From Hyphomicrobiales bacterium (lineage in GTDB: Bacteria > Pseudomonadota > Alphaproteobacteria > SPJN01): 64,000 nt of DNA. This document shows, piece by piece, positions 1 through 8,873 of the stretch. The notes under the pieces are model-generated. The model was given only the letters and a program-made list of their open reading frames with translations. It ran no database searches and had not been told where the DNA came from. Position numbers and translations under genes: made by a program. Where the stretch lies: contig SPJN01000013.1 in assembly GCA_006844605.1 (NCBI GenBank), positions 760 through 64,759 of the forward strand, written 5' to 3'. Every line of letters begins with the position of its first letter. The first letter of the stretch is position 1.

Positions 1-159
1 ATAATCGAACTGGTGTGACAGGCCTGTTGTGCCAACATCAATGACAATGGCGGATCCAACAGACTGGTTTCTGGAGAGACGAATGTCGCGCCGATCAAGA
101 TAACGGAGAACTTTATGGCGTGGCTCATGGCCAAAGGGCGGTTTGGTCTGTGTAGTCAT
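1..159 (-). CDS. hypothetical protein; only the 5' part is in the window (the gene runs off the window start)
   Basis: Seen in sequence. Reverse-strand ATG at 159-157 with an AAGGAG Shine-Dalgarno 8 nt upstream (plus-strand 'ggggggctcctt' at 160-171). The frame stays open through all 53 codons down to position 1 (MTTQTKPPFGHEPRHKVLRYLDRRDIRLSRNQ...). It is not in the supplied ORF track because no in-window stop exists. Same strand as the integrase and directly downstream of it. Confidence 0.35.
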   Translation of the reverse strand, partial: MTTQTKPPFGHEPRHKVLRYLDRRDIRLSRNQSVGSAIVIDVGTTGLSHQFDY

Positions 160-295
160 GGGGGGCTCCTTCTTGTTTTATTGTCTGCAAAGATTTCCCT
201 TTGCTAAATCCCAAGTGTTCAGGATCGACCAGATCGTCAAGAGCACTTCTGGGCGAATTGAAAATTTTTGTTCTGCGTTGTGTCTTTAGACATCT

Positions 296-1504
296 TCAGC
301 CTGTGCCGACGTCTTTTGACCCACTCGGATCTATTGGCAGTGCCTGCTCAAATTCCTTGGCAAGCAACCGATCAAAGGCAGATCCGTCTTGGCGGGTTAA
401 GTTGGGCACATAGCGGGAATAGACGTTGAACAGCATTTTTGTGGTCGTATGCCCCATCTGTTTGGCAATCCATTCTGGTGCCTCGCCCGCGGCAAGCCAT
501 AGCGTGGCGGCTGTGTGCCGCATGTGATAGGGACGGCGTTCTCGTAGGCCCAGATGGCGGAGCAGGGGATACCAAACACGCTGGGTGACATTGCGGTTCT
601 GGAGGGGTTGTCCATTCCGGGTGCAGAAAACAAAGTCAGACAGCTCGCCAGTGGCCTTCTTCTGATCCTGCAGGGCATCAAAGACCAATTGGTTCATCTG
701 CACTGCCCGGAATGAGCCATCGGTTTTCGTTGGGACAATTTTTCCCTGCACATAGGCTTGATGAACCAGAACCTCCCGCCGCTCGAAATCTACATTCTTC
801 CAAGGCAGGCCATCGATCTCGCTGGAACGCAATCCGGTGAAGAAGCGTACTGTGAAATAGTTCTTATAATCAGGACGGACCGTATCAATGATCTGCTTCA
901 CCTCAGCCAGGGTAAATGGTTCAACCTCAACCCTTGGTTCCTTTAACGGCTTGATGTTGCGGTAGGGATTGACGAACTCATAACGGTCGGCAGCTTCCGT
1001 TAGCACCATCCTTAAAGGCACCATGATGTGATTAACCCGTGCGGGGCTCAGCGTCTTGCCGGTTACAGGATTAGCGGACGCAATAGCCGCACGAAACTTT
1101 AGAAGGTCGGATTTTTTGATCGCATTAACCGGCAGCTTCCCGAACTGTGGCAACAGATAGAGGTCGAAATTAATATCCATCGTGTCGATATAGGATTGGC
1201 GCCATTCGACTTTCTTTTCAGCACGCCACTCTTCTGCGAATGCTGAAAACAAGGGAACATCCGCACGCATGGCAGCAGCGCGCTGGTCAAGCTTCCGAAA
1301 CTCTTCGGCCTTAGGGCTGTTCGGGAAGTATTTCCCATAGTCGAATCTCCCCAGCACCATCTCCGCTTCCATGCGCTTAACGATACCCTGCAGGCGCCTG
1401 CGGTGCTGTGGTGTGTCGGTGAGGCCGGTCGCTTCACGGCAACGCTGCCTTTTGTATTGGAAGTCGACATGAAGCATATCTCCGCGTTTGGTGATGGATG
1501 CCAT
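296..1504 (-). CDS. int: tyrosine-type site-specific recombinase / phage integrase
   Basis: 402 aa. C-terminal catalytic region typical of tyrosine recombinases (…HMRHTAATLWLAAGEAPEWIAKQMGHTTTKMLFNVYSRYV) with an N-terminal SAM-like/core-binding region. Placed next to a small excisionase-like gene on the same strand. Confidence 0.9.
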   Translation of the reverse strand: MASITKRGDMLHVDFQYKRQRCREATGLTDTPQHRRRLQGIVKRMEAEMVLGRFDYGKYFPNSPKAEEFRKLDQRAAAMRADVPLFSAFAEEWRAEKKVEWRQSYIDTMDINFDLYLLPQFGKLPVNAIKKSDLLKFRAAIASANPVTGKTLSPARVNHIMVPLRMVLTEAADRYEFVNPYRNIKPLKEPRVEVEPFTLAEVKQIIDTVRPDYKNYFTVRFFTGLRSSEIDGLPWKNVDFERREVLVHQAYVQGKIVPTKTDGSFRAVQMNQLVFDALQDQKKATGELSDFVFCTRNGQPLQNRNVTQRVWYPLLRHLGLRERRPYHMRHTAATLWLAAGEAPEWIAKQMGHTTTKMLFNVYSRYVPNLTRQDGSAFDRLLAKEFEQALPIDPSGSKDVGTG

Positions 1505-1514
1505 TGCTCACCCC

Positions 1515-1736
1515 CTAGTGTTGAGAGACAGGCAGCAATGAGGAGCCACCATCGTTCATATCGCTCTCAATCTGCTCCCAAATGTAAAGAATCTTCCGAC
1601 CGCCAAAGGGACGGATGTAGTGAATGCCCTCCAGAAGGACGGAATCTTTGAGGCGTTCACGAATGGTGCGGGGGTCGTACTTAATGAGCGAAGAAAGCTC
1701 TTCTGTCGTGAGGTAGGTGTTTTTCGCTTGCATCAT
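1515..1736 (-). CDS. AlpA/Xis-family DNA-binding excisionase-like protein
   Basis: 73 aa. HTH-like segment 'YLTTEELSSLIKYDPRTIRERL'. Lies 10 bp upstream of int on the same strand, the classic xis-int arrangement. The family call is by resemblance, not by computed search. Confidence 0.55.
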   Translation of the reverse strand: MMQAKNTYLTTEELSSLIKYDPRTIRERLKDSVLLEGIHYIRPFGGRKILYIWEQIESDMNDGGSSLLPVSQH

Positions 1737-1885
1737 CTGGTTATTCCTTTCATTTTGTTACTTCACATGACGACACATCAGGTTGCTGGGCGTTATGTCG
1801 TTCTAAATGACATATAGTATGCATAAGTGTACATGTCAAGGGCGTTTTGTATAAAAAAGAGACTTTATGTCGTTTTGGGTGACGT

Positions 1886-2089
1886 ATGATTAAGTGCCAC
1901 TTGTCCCGGATGATGGGAGAACGGAAGCTAAAGGTGATGGATGTTGCGCGGGAAACGGGCCTCCACCGCAATACTGTGACCTTGCTTTATAAGGAAACCG
2001 CAACACGAGTTGATCTCGAAGCGGTTGATAAGCTTTGTGAGCTTTTTGATTGCGAGGTTGGGGATCTTTTCGAACGGATCACGGATTAA
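1886..2089 (+). CDS. XRE/Cro-family helix-turn-helix transcriptional regulator
   Basis: 67 aa. HTH 'LKVMDVARETGLHRNTVTLLYKE' followed by '...LCELFDCEVGDLFE', typical of small XRE regulators. Divergent from xis-int, so a Cro/CI-like control module for the island is plausible. Confidence 0.6.
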   Translation: MIKCHLSRMMGERKLKVMDVARETGLHRNTVTLLYKETATRVDLEAVDKLCELFDCEVGDLFERITD

Positions 2090-2099
2090 AGGACCAACC

Positions 2100-3005
2100 A
2101 TGATTCCTGATTATCAAAGTTTAATGCTCCCTGTGTTGCAGGAAGGCGCCGAAGAGGAAATTAGCACACGCGATGCCATTGAAAATCTGGCTTCCAAGTA
2201 CGGGTTGTCAGAAGAGGATCGCGAGCAGATGCTGCCTAGCGGTAAACAGCGCACCTTTGATAATCGTGTAAATTGGGCGAAGGGCTACCTGAAGCAGGCT
2301 GGCTTAGTCAGATATACTGATCGCGGTGCCTATGTGGCGACTGATGAGGGGCGAAAAGTTCTCGCTACAAATCCAGAGAGAATCGACAACAAGTTTCTCA
2401 AGCAATACGAAGCCTTTCAAGAATTTCAAAATCGCAAAGGCACTCAAAGCGAAAAAGAAGAGACGCAGGATGGGGTTGATGATGCAATTACCCCGGATGA
2501 AGCGCTTCGCGCAGCGCACCGCAAAATCAATGCGTCACTAGCCGCCGACCTTTTGGGCCGAGTAAGAGAGGCCTCACCGCAATTTTTTGAAGAGCTGATT
2601 GTCGAATTATTGCTTGCGATGGGGTATGGCGGCACTTCAGAAGATGCTGCCCGCGCGTTGGGGCAATCGGGAGATAACGGCGTTGATGGTGTGGTCGATC
2701 AGGACCCTCTTGGCGTTGATCAGGTCTATGTCCAAGCAAAGCGATACGCGGAAACTAATAAAATAGGTTCCGGAGATATTCGCGATTTCTTTGGCGCGCT
2801 CAATCTAAAAAAGGCGCAAAAAGGTATATTCTTCACCACCTCTTCATTTAGTCCGGCGGCGGTTCAAACAGCGAAGGACCTTGGGATGCGGATTGTACTT
2901 ATTGACGGGGCGCAGCTAGCAAAGCTCATGATCAAATATGGAGTTGGGTGTCGGGAAGAGGAAGTTATCAGGCTGATGGGCATTGACGAAGAGTATTTCG
3001 ACTAA
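2100..3005 (+). CDS. mrr: Mrr-family type IV (modification-dependent) restriction endonuclease
   Basis: The track ORF 2010..3005 is trimmed to the ATG at 2100 (MIPDYQSLMLPVLQE…), which matches the usual Mrr N-terminus and follows 'aaaggacc' right after the XRE stop at 2089. N-terminal Mrr_N winged helix. C-terminal Mrr_cat region with 'GVDGVVDQD…VYVQAKRY' (D…QxK catalytic motif) and 'IFFTTSSFS'. Confidence 0.8.
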   Translation: MIPDYQSLMLPVLQEGAEEEISTRDAIENLASKYGLSEEDREQMLPSGKQRTFDNRVNWAKGYLKQAGLVRYTDRGAYVATDEGRKVLATNPERIDNKFLKQYEAFQEFQNRKGTQSEKEETQDGVDDAITPDEALRAAHRKINASLAADLLGRVREASPQFFEELIVELLLAMGYGGTSEDAARALGQSGDNGVDGVVDQDPLGVDQVYVQAKRYAETNKIGSGDIRDFFGALNLKKAQKGIFFTTSSFSPAAVQTAKDLGMRIVLIDGAQLAKLMIKYGVGCREEEVIRLMGIDEEYFD

Positions 3006-3058
3006 AGGGGTATTACCGCTGGTCCCTAGGAATGAATGTGAAATGAAAGAAGAATTCA

Positions 3059-5851
3059 TTGAACGCAGTTGAGATTGAACAAGCAATTACGGAATTGGCG
3101 GAACAGCCCTTTGACGGGCAAGAGTTTCCGTTCGATTTTTTGCGCGCGTTTGGCAATAAAGAAACCACGATCAAGCGCCTGAAAAAGGGTGACTCTAACA
3201 AATCAGACTTGGGTGGGGTGCTGCAACGAAGCCATATCCACATCAAAGTTTGTGAAGAAGGCAAGGTCACCCAAACGCTGGAAGCTTTGAAAGCAAGCCC
3301 CGCAACGACCAAGGCGAAGGCCAAATTTGTTCTTGCCACTGATGGTATTCAGCTAGAGGCGGAATACCTGAATACCGGTGAAACGGTCGCCTGCAATCAT
3401 AATGATTTTCCAGATCATTTTGGTTTCTTCCTGGCGCTTGCCGGTATCACCACTGTTAAGCAAATCCGCGAAAGCTCATTCGACATTAAGGCAACGGGCC
3501 GATTGAACCGGCTTTATATTGAGTTGCTCAAAGACAATCCGGAATGGAGCACGGCTGAACGCAGGCCGGATATGAACCATTTCATGGCGCGGTTGATCTT
3601 TTGCTTCTTTGCCGAAGATACAGACATCTTCCACGGGGATGACCTGTTTACCTCCACCATCGAGCAAATGAGTGCGCGGGATGCGTCTGATACCGATCAT
3701 GTGATTAGCGAAGTCTTTCGTGCCATGAACACGAAAACGGAAGATAGGGAAAAGGCAGGCATTCCCCGCTGGGCCAATGGCTTTCCATACGTGAACGGGG
3801 GGCTGTTTTCCGGTAGTACGGAAACGCCGAAATTTAGCAAGATTGCGCGGTCTTACCTGCTGCATATCGGCAACCTTGATTGGAAGAAGATCAACCCGGA
3901 TATCTTTGGCTCTATGATCCAGGCGGTGGCCGATGATGAAGAACGCGGCCATCTGGGGATGCACTACACCAGTGTGCCGAATATCCTGAAAGTTTTAAAC
4001 CCGCTGTTTTTGGATGATTTGCGGGCCGGGCTTGATGCCGCCGGTGATAGCGCGCAGAAGCTACTAAATCTACGCAAACGTATGGCGAAGATCAGGGTGT
4101 TTGATCCTGCCTGTGGCTCCGGCAACTTTCTGGTCATTGCCTATAAGGAAATGCGAGCCATTGAGGCGGAGATAAACAAGCGTCGTGGGGAAGAACATCT
4201 TAAAACGACTATTCCGCTTACCAACTTTCGCGGCATTGAGGTGCGGGACTTCCCGGCAGAGATAGCACGTCTAGCCCTCATCATCGCGGAATATCAATGC
4301 GATGTGACTTATCGTGGCCAGAAGGAGGCGTTGGCAGAGTTTCTGCCATTGAATAAAGAAAACTGGATCACTTGTGCAAACGCGCTGCGTGTTGATTGGC
4401 TGTCCATCTGTCCGCCCACTGGCACGGGTGTAAAACACTATGCCGATGATTTGTTTCATTCGCCGGTTGATCAGGCCGAGATCGATTTTGAGAACGAGGG
4501 GGGTGAGACCTACATTTGTGGGAACCCGCCATATTTGGGCAGTACATGGCAATCCAAGGAGCAAAAAGAAGATTTAAAGGCTATCTTTGATGGCAAGACC
4601 AAAACCTGGAAGTCATTGGATTATGTTGCTGGATGGGTGATGAAGGCGGCTGAATTTGGCAGACATACCAAATCCGTTTCTGCTTTTGTGACTACAAACT
4701 CAATTTGCCAAGGCCAACAGGTGCCAATTTTGTGGCCTTTAGTCTTTGAGACTGGCCATGAAATTACATTTGCCCACACGTCATTTAAGTGGGCAAATTT
4801 GGCAAGCAAAAACGCTGGTGTAACAGTAGTAGTTGTTGGGATAGGACGAGAATTCGGCGCGAGGCGCCTCCTATATTCCCATGATAACGACAATCATGAA
4901 ACCGTATTAGCAGCAACCAATATCAACGCCTACCTTGTGCCGTCAGGTGGCGTGCTGGTGAAAAAGCAACAACAGCCCATTTCAGACGTTCCACCGATGG
5001 TATTCGGAAACAAACCGGTTGATGGCGGGCATCTGATCCTTTCAAAGAGCGAGATAGGCGAATTGTGTTTGACCGACAACGAGGTCAGAAAATTTGTTAG
5101 GCCATTTCTGGGTTCGGAAGAGTTCATTTCGGGTAAACAGCGGTTTTGCCTATGGATTGATGATGGATGTGTTGATGACTTGTTGAGACATCCAATAGTA
5201 GCGCAGCGTGTTGCTGCTGTTGAGAAGATGAGACTGAACAGCACCAAAGTGGCAACAAATCGCGCAGCGGCGTGGCCCCATCGGTTTGATGAAATACGGC
5301 AAAGGGGGTCGGAAACATCTTTGTTGGTTCCAAGCGTTTCATCTGAAAGCAGACCATATTTGCCAGTTGGCTACGTCCCAGAAGGGACAATAGTTAGCAA
5401 CCTTGCATTCGCCTTGTTTGATGCGCCGCTCTGGGTAACTTCAGTAATTGCTTCACGAACTCATCTGGTGTGGGTGAAAACGGTGTGTGGGCAACTCGAA
5501 ACTCGCATTAGGTACTCCAATACCCTTGGTTGGAACACCTTTCCGTTACCTAAGCTGACCGAGAAAAACAAAGAAGACCTGACACGCTGCGCCGAAGATA
5601 TTTTGCTTGCGCGGGAGGCGCATTTTCCTGCGACCATTGCCGACCTGTATGATCCTGAGAAAATGCCAGAAGATTTGCGCCGGGCGCATGATCGCAATGA
5701 TGAGGTGTTGGAGCGCATCTATATCGGTCGCCGCTTCAAAAATGACACCGAACGCTTGGAAAAGCTTTTTGAGCTTTATACCAAGATGACCGCTAAACTG
5801 GAAACCTGTCGGCAAACGAAAGACAATAAAAAAGGGAAGGCACATGCATGA
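3059..5851 (+). CDS. MmeI-family type IIL/IIG restriction-modification enzyme (N-terminal endonuclease region, gamma-class N6-adenine methyltransferase, C-terminal target-recognition domain)
   Basis: 930 aa, TTG start at 3059. From memory it aligns along the whole length with MmeI (919 aa): 'LIFCFFAEDTDIF', 'FPYVNGGLF', 'FDPACGSGNFLV' (motif I), 'FRGIEVRDFPAEIARLALI', 'GNPPYLG' (motif IV) and the C-terminal 'LYDPEKMPEDLRRAH…LFELYTKMT'. In the putative PD-ExK endonuclease segment the sequence is 'ATDGIQLEAEYL' and does not obviously conserve the D…ExK spacing; see findings. Confidence 0.85.
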   Translation: MNAVEIEQAITELAEQPFDGQEFPFDFLRAFGNKETTIKRLKKGDSNKSDLGGVLQRSHIHIKVCEEGKVTQTLEALKASPATTKAKAKFVLATDGIQLEAEYLNTGETVACNHNDFPDHFGFFLALAGITTVKQIRESSFDIKATGRLNRLYIELLKDNPEWSTAERRPDMNHFMARLIFCFFAEDTDIFHGDDLFTSTIEQMSARDASDTDHVISEVFRAMNTKTEDREKAGIPRWANGFPYVNGGLFSGSTETPKFSKIARSYLLHIGNLDWKKINPDIFGSMIQAVADDEERGHLGMHYTSVPNILKVLNPLFLDDLRAGLDAAGDSAQKLLNLRKRMAKIRVFDPACGSGNFLVIAYKEMRAIEAEINKRRGEEHLKTTIPLTNFRGIEVRDFPAEIARLALIIAEYQCDVTYRGQKEALAEFLPLNKENWITCANALRVDWLSICPPTGTGVKHYADDLFHSPVDQAEIDFENEGGETYICGNPPYLGSTWQSKEQKEDLKAIFDGKTKTWKSLDYVAGWVMKAAEFGRHTKSVSAFVTTNSICQGQQVPILWPLVFETGHEITFAHTSFKWANLASKNAGVTVVVVGIGREFGARRLLYSHDNDNHETVLAATNINAYLVPSGGVLVKKQQQPISDVPPMVFGNKPVDGGHLILSKSEIGELCLTDNEVRKFVRPFLGSEEFISGKQRFCLWIDDGCVDDLLRHPIVAQRVAAVEKMRLNSTKVATNRAAAWPHRFDEIRQRGSETSLLVPSVSSESRPYLPVGYVPEGTIVSNLAFALFDAPLWVTSVIASRTHLVWVKTVCGQLETRIRYSNTLGWNTFPLPKLTEKNKEDLTRCAEDILLAREAHFPATIADLYDPEKMPEDLRRAHDRNDEVLERIYIGRRFKNDTERLEKLFELYTKMTAKLETCRQTKDNKKGKAHA

Positions 5852-5873
5852 CAGATGCAAGTGAAAACGCACC

Positions 5874-6818
5874 ATGGTAAAGGCAAGCAGAAATGGACTT
5901 AGGCTCGACGCTGATTTCACTGAGGATACGGTCGGCTTCGCGCTTGAATCGTTCTTGGCGGTGATGAGTTTTCCACGTCAGCGCTTTTCGATAGAGCCGT
6001 TCTCTCGTGCCAAGGAACGGTGGTTGGCCGCTGATGCGCGATTGCACGGTGATGTGCGCGGGTTTTGCCCCATTTATATGCAATTTAAAAGGCCGTCTGC
6101 GTATCCAGATTTTAGTACTGCGAAAATTATTAGGGAAAGAAAGGCGCTGAACCTTCTAACGTCGCCCCATGCCCTCTATTTTGATCTACGCCAGAAACAG
6201 CAACATCATTGGGATTTCCAGCACAATATTCTATTCCGGCTCGGTCAAAGGCTTCGCAGTCGTCAGCTTGGTGATGCCGCCTATGTTTGCCCTTTATTCC
6301 TAGAACGGTCCGCTTACAGATTCCATGTGCACTTGTCCGGACTTTCGCTGTGGCCGCGCTTTTGGAGACATTATCCTTGGGAATATGAAGAAGTTTTAGT
6401 AGGCGATGGCGGCAGGAAGATTCGCTTCGATCGTATCCCTGTGCTGGCGGAACACATAACTGTGCCGCCGCACAAAACGGTTTCAAGCGCCAAGCATCGT
6501 TACAGCTTCACGGAAGCAGGAAATGAACTGTGTTTCCACTCGCCAGAGGCCATTCCTGATGGAGCAACTACTCTCGCTGCATTTTTGGATGCGTTGTCAG
6601 GTCGCTTTCTGGGTGGTGGTGAAAAAATCCGGTCAGAGCAAGCAAACCAAGAACTTCAGGACTTGATGAATGAGGTCTTGGGCGATGGGCGTGAAGTCCC
6701 CCAGTCAATCATCGAGATGGACGCGTCTGACCCCATTGGAAACTGGTTGGCTTGGGGCGATTATTTGCGTCTGGAATTTGGAATAGATCAGTACGCGCTG
6801 GTAAGGTGGGAGGATTAG
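5874..6818 (+). CDS. hypothetical protein; candidate HamA-like (DUF1837-type) partner of the downstream helicase
   Basis: 314 aa. No family recognised from sequence. It starts 22 bp after the MmeI-like gene. Its 3' end carries the 'gggagg' Shine-Dalgarno for the GTG start of the helicase gene 3 bp downstream. It contains a possible nuclease-like 'GDVRGFCPIYMQFKRP' segment. The HamA assignment is inferred from gene order only. Confidence 0.45.
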   Translation: MVKASRNGLRLDADFTEDTVGFALESFLAVMSFPRQRFSIEPFSRAKERWLAADARLHGDVRGFCPIYMQFKRPSAYPDFSTAKIIRERKALNLLTSPHALYFDLRQKQQHHWDFQHNILFRLGQRLRSRQLGDAAYVCPLFLERSAYRFHVHLSGLSLWPRFWRHYPWEYEEVLVGDGGRKIRFDRIPVLAEHITVPPHKTVSSAKHRYSFTEAGNELCFHSPEAIPDGATTLAAFLDALSGRFLGGGEKIRSEQANQELQDLMNEVLGDGREVPQSIIEMDASDPIGNWLAWGDYLRLEFGIDQYALVRWED

Positions 6819-6821
6819 AAA

Positions 6822-8873
6822 GTGAGCAATGCTAAATCAATCCCCTCCGTTTCTGTCACTTACGCCCGCAATGGTAGCTCCAAGCAATCGAATGAGCTCG
6901 GAATGCGGGTTATGCAGGAACGCGCCTATGACCGGCGGGGGGAACAGTATCTGCTGATCAAGTCACCACCGGCATCGGGCAAAAGCCGTGCCTTGATGTT
7001 CATTGCGCTTGATAAGCTAAACAATCAGGGCTTGAAGCAGGCCATCATCGTTGTGCCGGAAAAGTCCATTGGGTCCAGCTTCAACAATGAACCTTTGTCT
7101 GATTTTGGATTTTATTGGGACTGGTCTGTCGAGCCAAAATGGAACCTGTGTAATGCGCCGGGGGAAGAAGGCGGCAAGGTTAAGTCCGTAAAGGCGTTTC
7201 TGGATAGTGATGATCAGGTGCTGGTTTGCACGCACTCCACATTCCGTTTTGCGATAGATAAGTTTGGTGCGGATGTATTTGATGATCGCCTAATTGCCAT
7301 TGATGAATTTCACCATGTCAGCGCAAACCCTGATAACAAGCTGGGCGCGCATTTGGGCGAGTTCATGGCGCGCGATAAAGTTCATATCGTGGCGATGACA
7401 GGCTCATATTTCCGTGGTGATGCTGTGCCGGTGATGGCGGCGGATGATGAATCCCGCTTTGCGACCGTCACCTATACCTATTATGAGCAGCTCAACGGCT
7501 ATGAGCACCTAAAGACGCTCAATATCGGCTATTATTTCTATTCGGGTTCCTATGTGGGCGAGATTTTGAGCGTTCTCGATCCGAGCGAAAAGACCATTGT
7601 GCATATCCCGAACGTGAATTCGCGGGAAAGCACGAAAGACAAGATCAAGGAAGTTGAAGATATCATTGAAGAGCTGGGAGACTGGAAGGGCACGGACCCT
7701 GTTACCGGATTCCATCTCGTCGAAACAGCCGATGGGCGCACATTGCGCATTGCGGATCTTGTGGAAGACGGTGCCAATAAACGCGATAAGGTATCGGCCG
7801 CGCTGAAAGACCCCACGCAAAAAGATAATCGTGATCATGTCGATATCATCATCGCGCTTGGTATGGCGAAAGAAGGGTTTGACTGGATTTGGTGTGAACA
7901 TGCACTAACCGTCGGGTATCGCTCTAGCCTGACAGAAATTATTCAGATCATTGGCCGCGCAACCCGTGATGCGCCGGGCAAGGAAAGCTCGCGCTTTACA
8001 AATTTGATTGCAGAGCCGGATGCCTCTGAAGAAGCGGTAACCGAAGCCGTCAATGATACGCTGAAAGCCATTGCCGCCAGCTTGTTGATGGAGCAGGTGC
8101 TTGCTCCGCGTTTTAACTTTACGCCGAAAGCGACATCCACTGGCCCAACCGAAGGCGTTGATTACGGTGAAGGCGGCTATGATCCTGAAAAGACCAATGT
8201 TGGGTTCTGCGAAGAAACAGGCCAATTCGAGATTGAGATCAACGGCCTTGTCGCTCCAAAAGGTGATGATGCGCAGCGCATTTGTAAGGAAGACTTGAAT
8301 GAAGTGATCACGGCATTCGTGCAGGACAAAACGAATGTTGAGCGTGGTATCTTTGATGAAGAAATGGTGCCCGAAGAACTGACACAGGTTCGTATGGGCC
8401 GTATCATCAAGGACAAATACCCTGAGCTTGATGAAGAAGACCAAGAGGCTGTCCGCCAACATGCGGTGGCCGCCCTCAACCTCGTGCAGGCCGCAGATGG
8501 GAAGATCAAGGAAACCGAAGGTGACGAATTTGGTGGCAGCACCGCATTGATTGATGGGGTGCGTAAGTTCGCGATGGATGTGCGAGACCTCGATATTGAT
8601 TTGATCGATAGGATCAACCCATTTGGCGAGGCCTATTCCATCTTGGCTAAATCGATGAGCGAAGAGAGCCTAAAGCAGGTGGCGGCGGTGATCGCTGCAA
8701 AGCGAACCAAAATCACCCCAGATGAGGCCCGTGATTATGCAATTCGCGCTGTGAAGTTTAAACGTGAACATGGGAGGGTTCCTTCTGTAAGCGCTGCTGA
8801 CCCGTGGGAACAAAAACTAGCTGAAGGTGCTGCAGCTTTTGTGCGGTTCAAGGACGAGGGCCGATATGAGTGA
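6822..8873 (+). CDS. superfamily-2 DExH-box helicase (candidate Hachiman HamB-like)
   Basis: 683 aa. GTG start with a strong Shine-Dalgarno (gggagg). Walker A 'SPPASGKSRAL', motif II 'AIDEFHHV' (DEFH), motif VI 'QIIGRATRD'. A C-terminal ~250 aa acidic extension follows. Confidence 0.8.
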   Translation: MSNAKSIPSVSVTYARNGSSKQSNELGMRVMQERAYDRRGEQYLLIKSPPASGKSRALMFIALDKLNNQGLKQAIIVVPEKSIGSSFNNEPLSDFGFYWDWSVEPKWNLCNAPGEEGGKVKSVKAFLDSDDQVLVCTHSTFRFAIDKFGADVFDDRLIAIDEFHHVSANPDNKLGAHLGEFMARDKVHIVAMTGSYFRGDAVPVMAADDESRFATVTYTYYEQLNGYEHLKTLNIGYYFYSGSYVGEILSVLDPSEKTIVHIPNVNSRESTKDKIKEVEDIIEELGDWKGTDPVTGFHLVETADGRTLRIADLVEDGANKRDKVSAALKDPTQKDNRDHVDIIIALGMAKEGFDWIWCEHALTVGYRSSLTEIIQIIGRATRDAPGKESSRFTNLIAEPDASEEAVTEAVNDTLKAIAASLLMEQVLAPRFNFTPKATSTGPTEGVDYGEGGYDPEKTNVGFCEETGQFEIEINGLVAPKGDDAQRICKEDLNEVITAFVQDKTNVERGIFDEEMVPEELTQVRMGRIIKDKYPELDEEDQEAVRQHAVAALNLVQAADGKIKETEGDEFGGSTALIDGVRKFAMDVRDLDIDLIDRINPFGEAYSILAKSMSEESLKQVAAVIAAKRTKITPDEARDYAIRAVKFKREHGRVPSVSAADPWEQKLAEGAAAFVRFKDEGRYE

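Noticed and set aside
201-413. 70-aa plus-strand ORF overlapping the integrase 3' end
   Set aside because: Antisense to the integrase, no Shine-Dalgarno, and Ser/Arg-rich low-complexity translation.
2010-2099. Upstream extension of the Mrr ORF (start at 2010)
   Set aside because: The extension would overlap the XRE regulator gene in another frame and adds a hydrophobic peptide unrelated to Mrr. The ATG at 2100 matches the conserved Mrr N-terminus (MIPDYQ…) and has an upstream purine-rich Shine-Dalgarno.
3059-5851. BREX PglX identity for the 930-aa methyltransferase
   Set aside because: Length and end-to-end collinearity fit MmeI (~920 aa) rather than PglX (~1200 aa). No brxA/B/C, pglZ or brxL genes are nearby. 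The possibility of a nuclease-inactive variant is raised separately as a finding.
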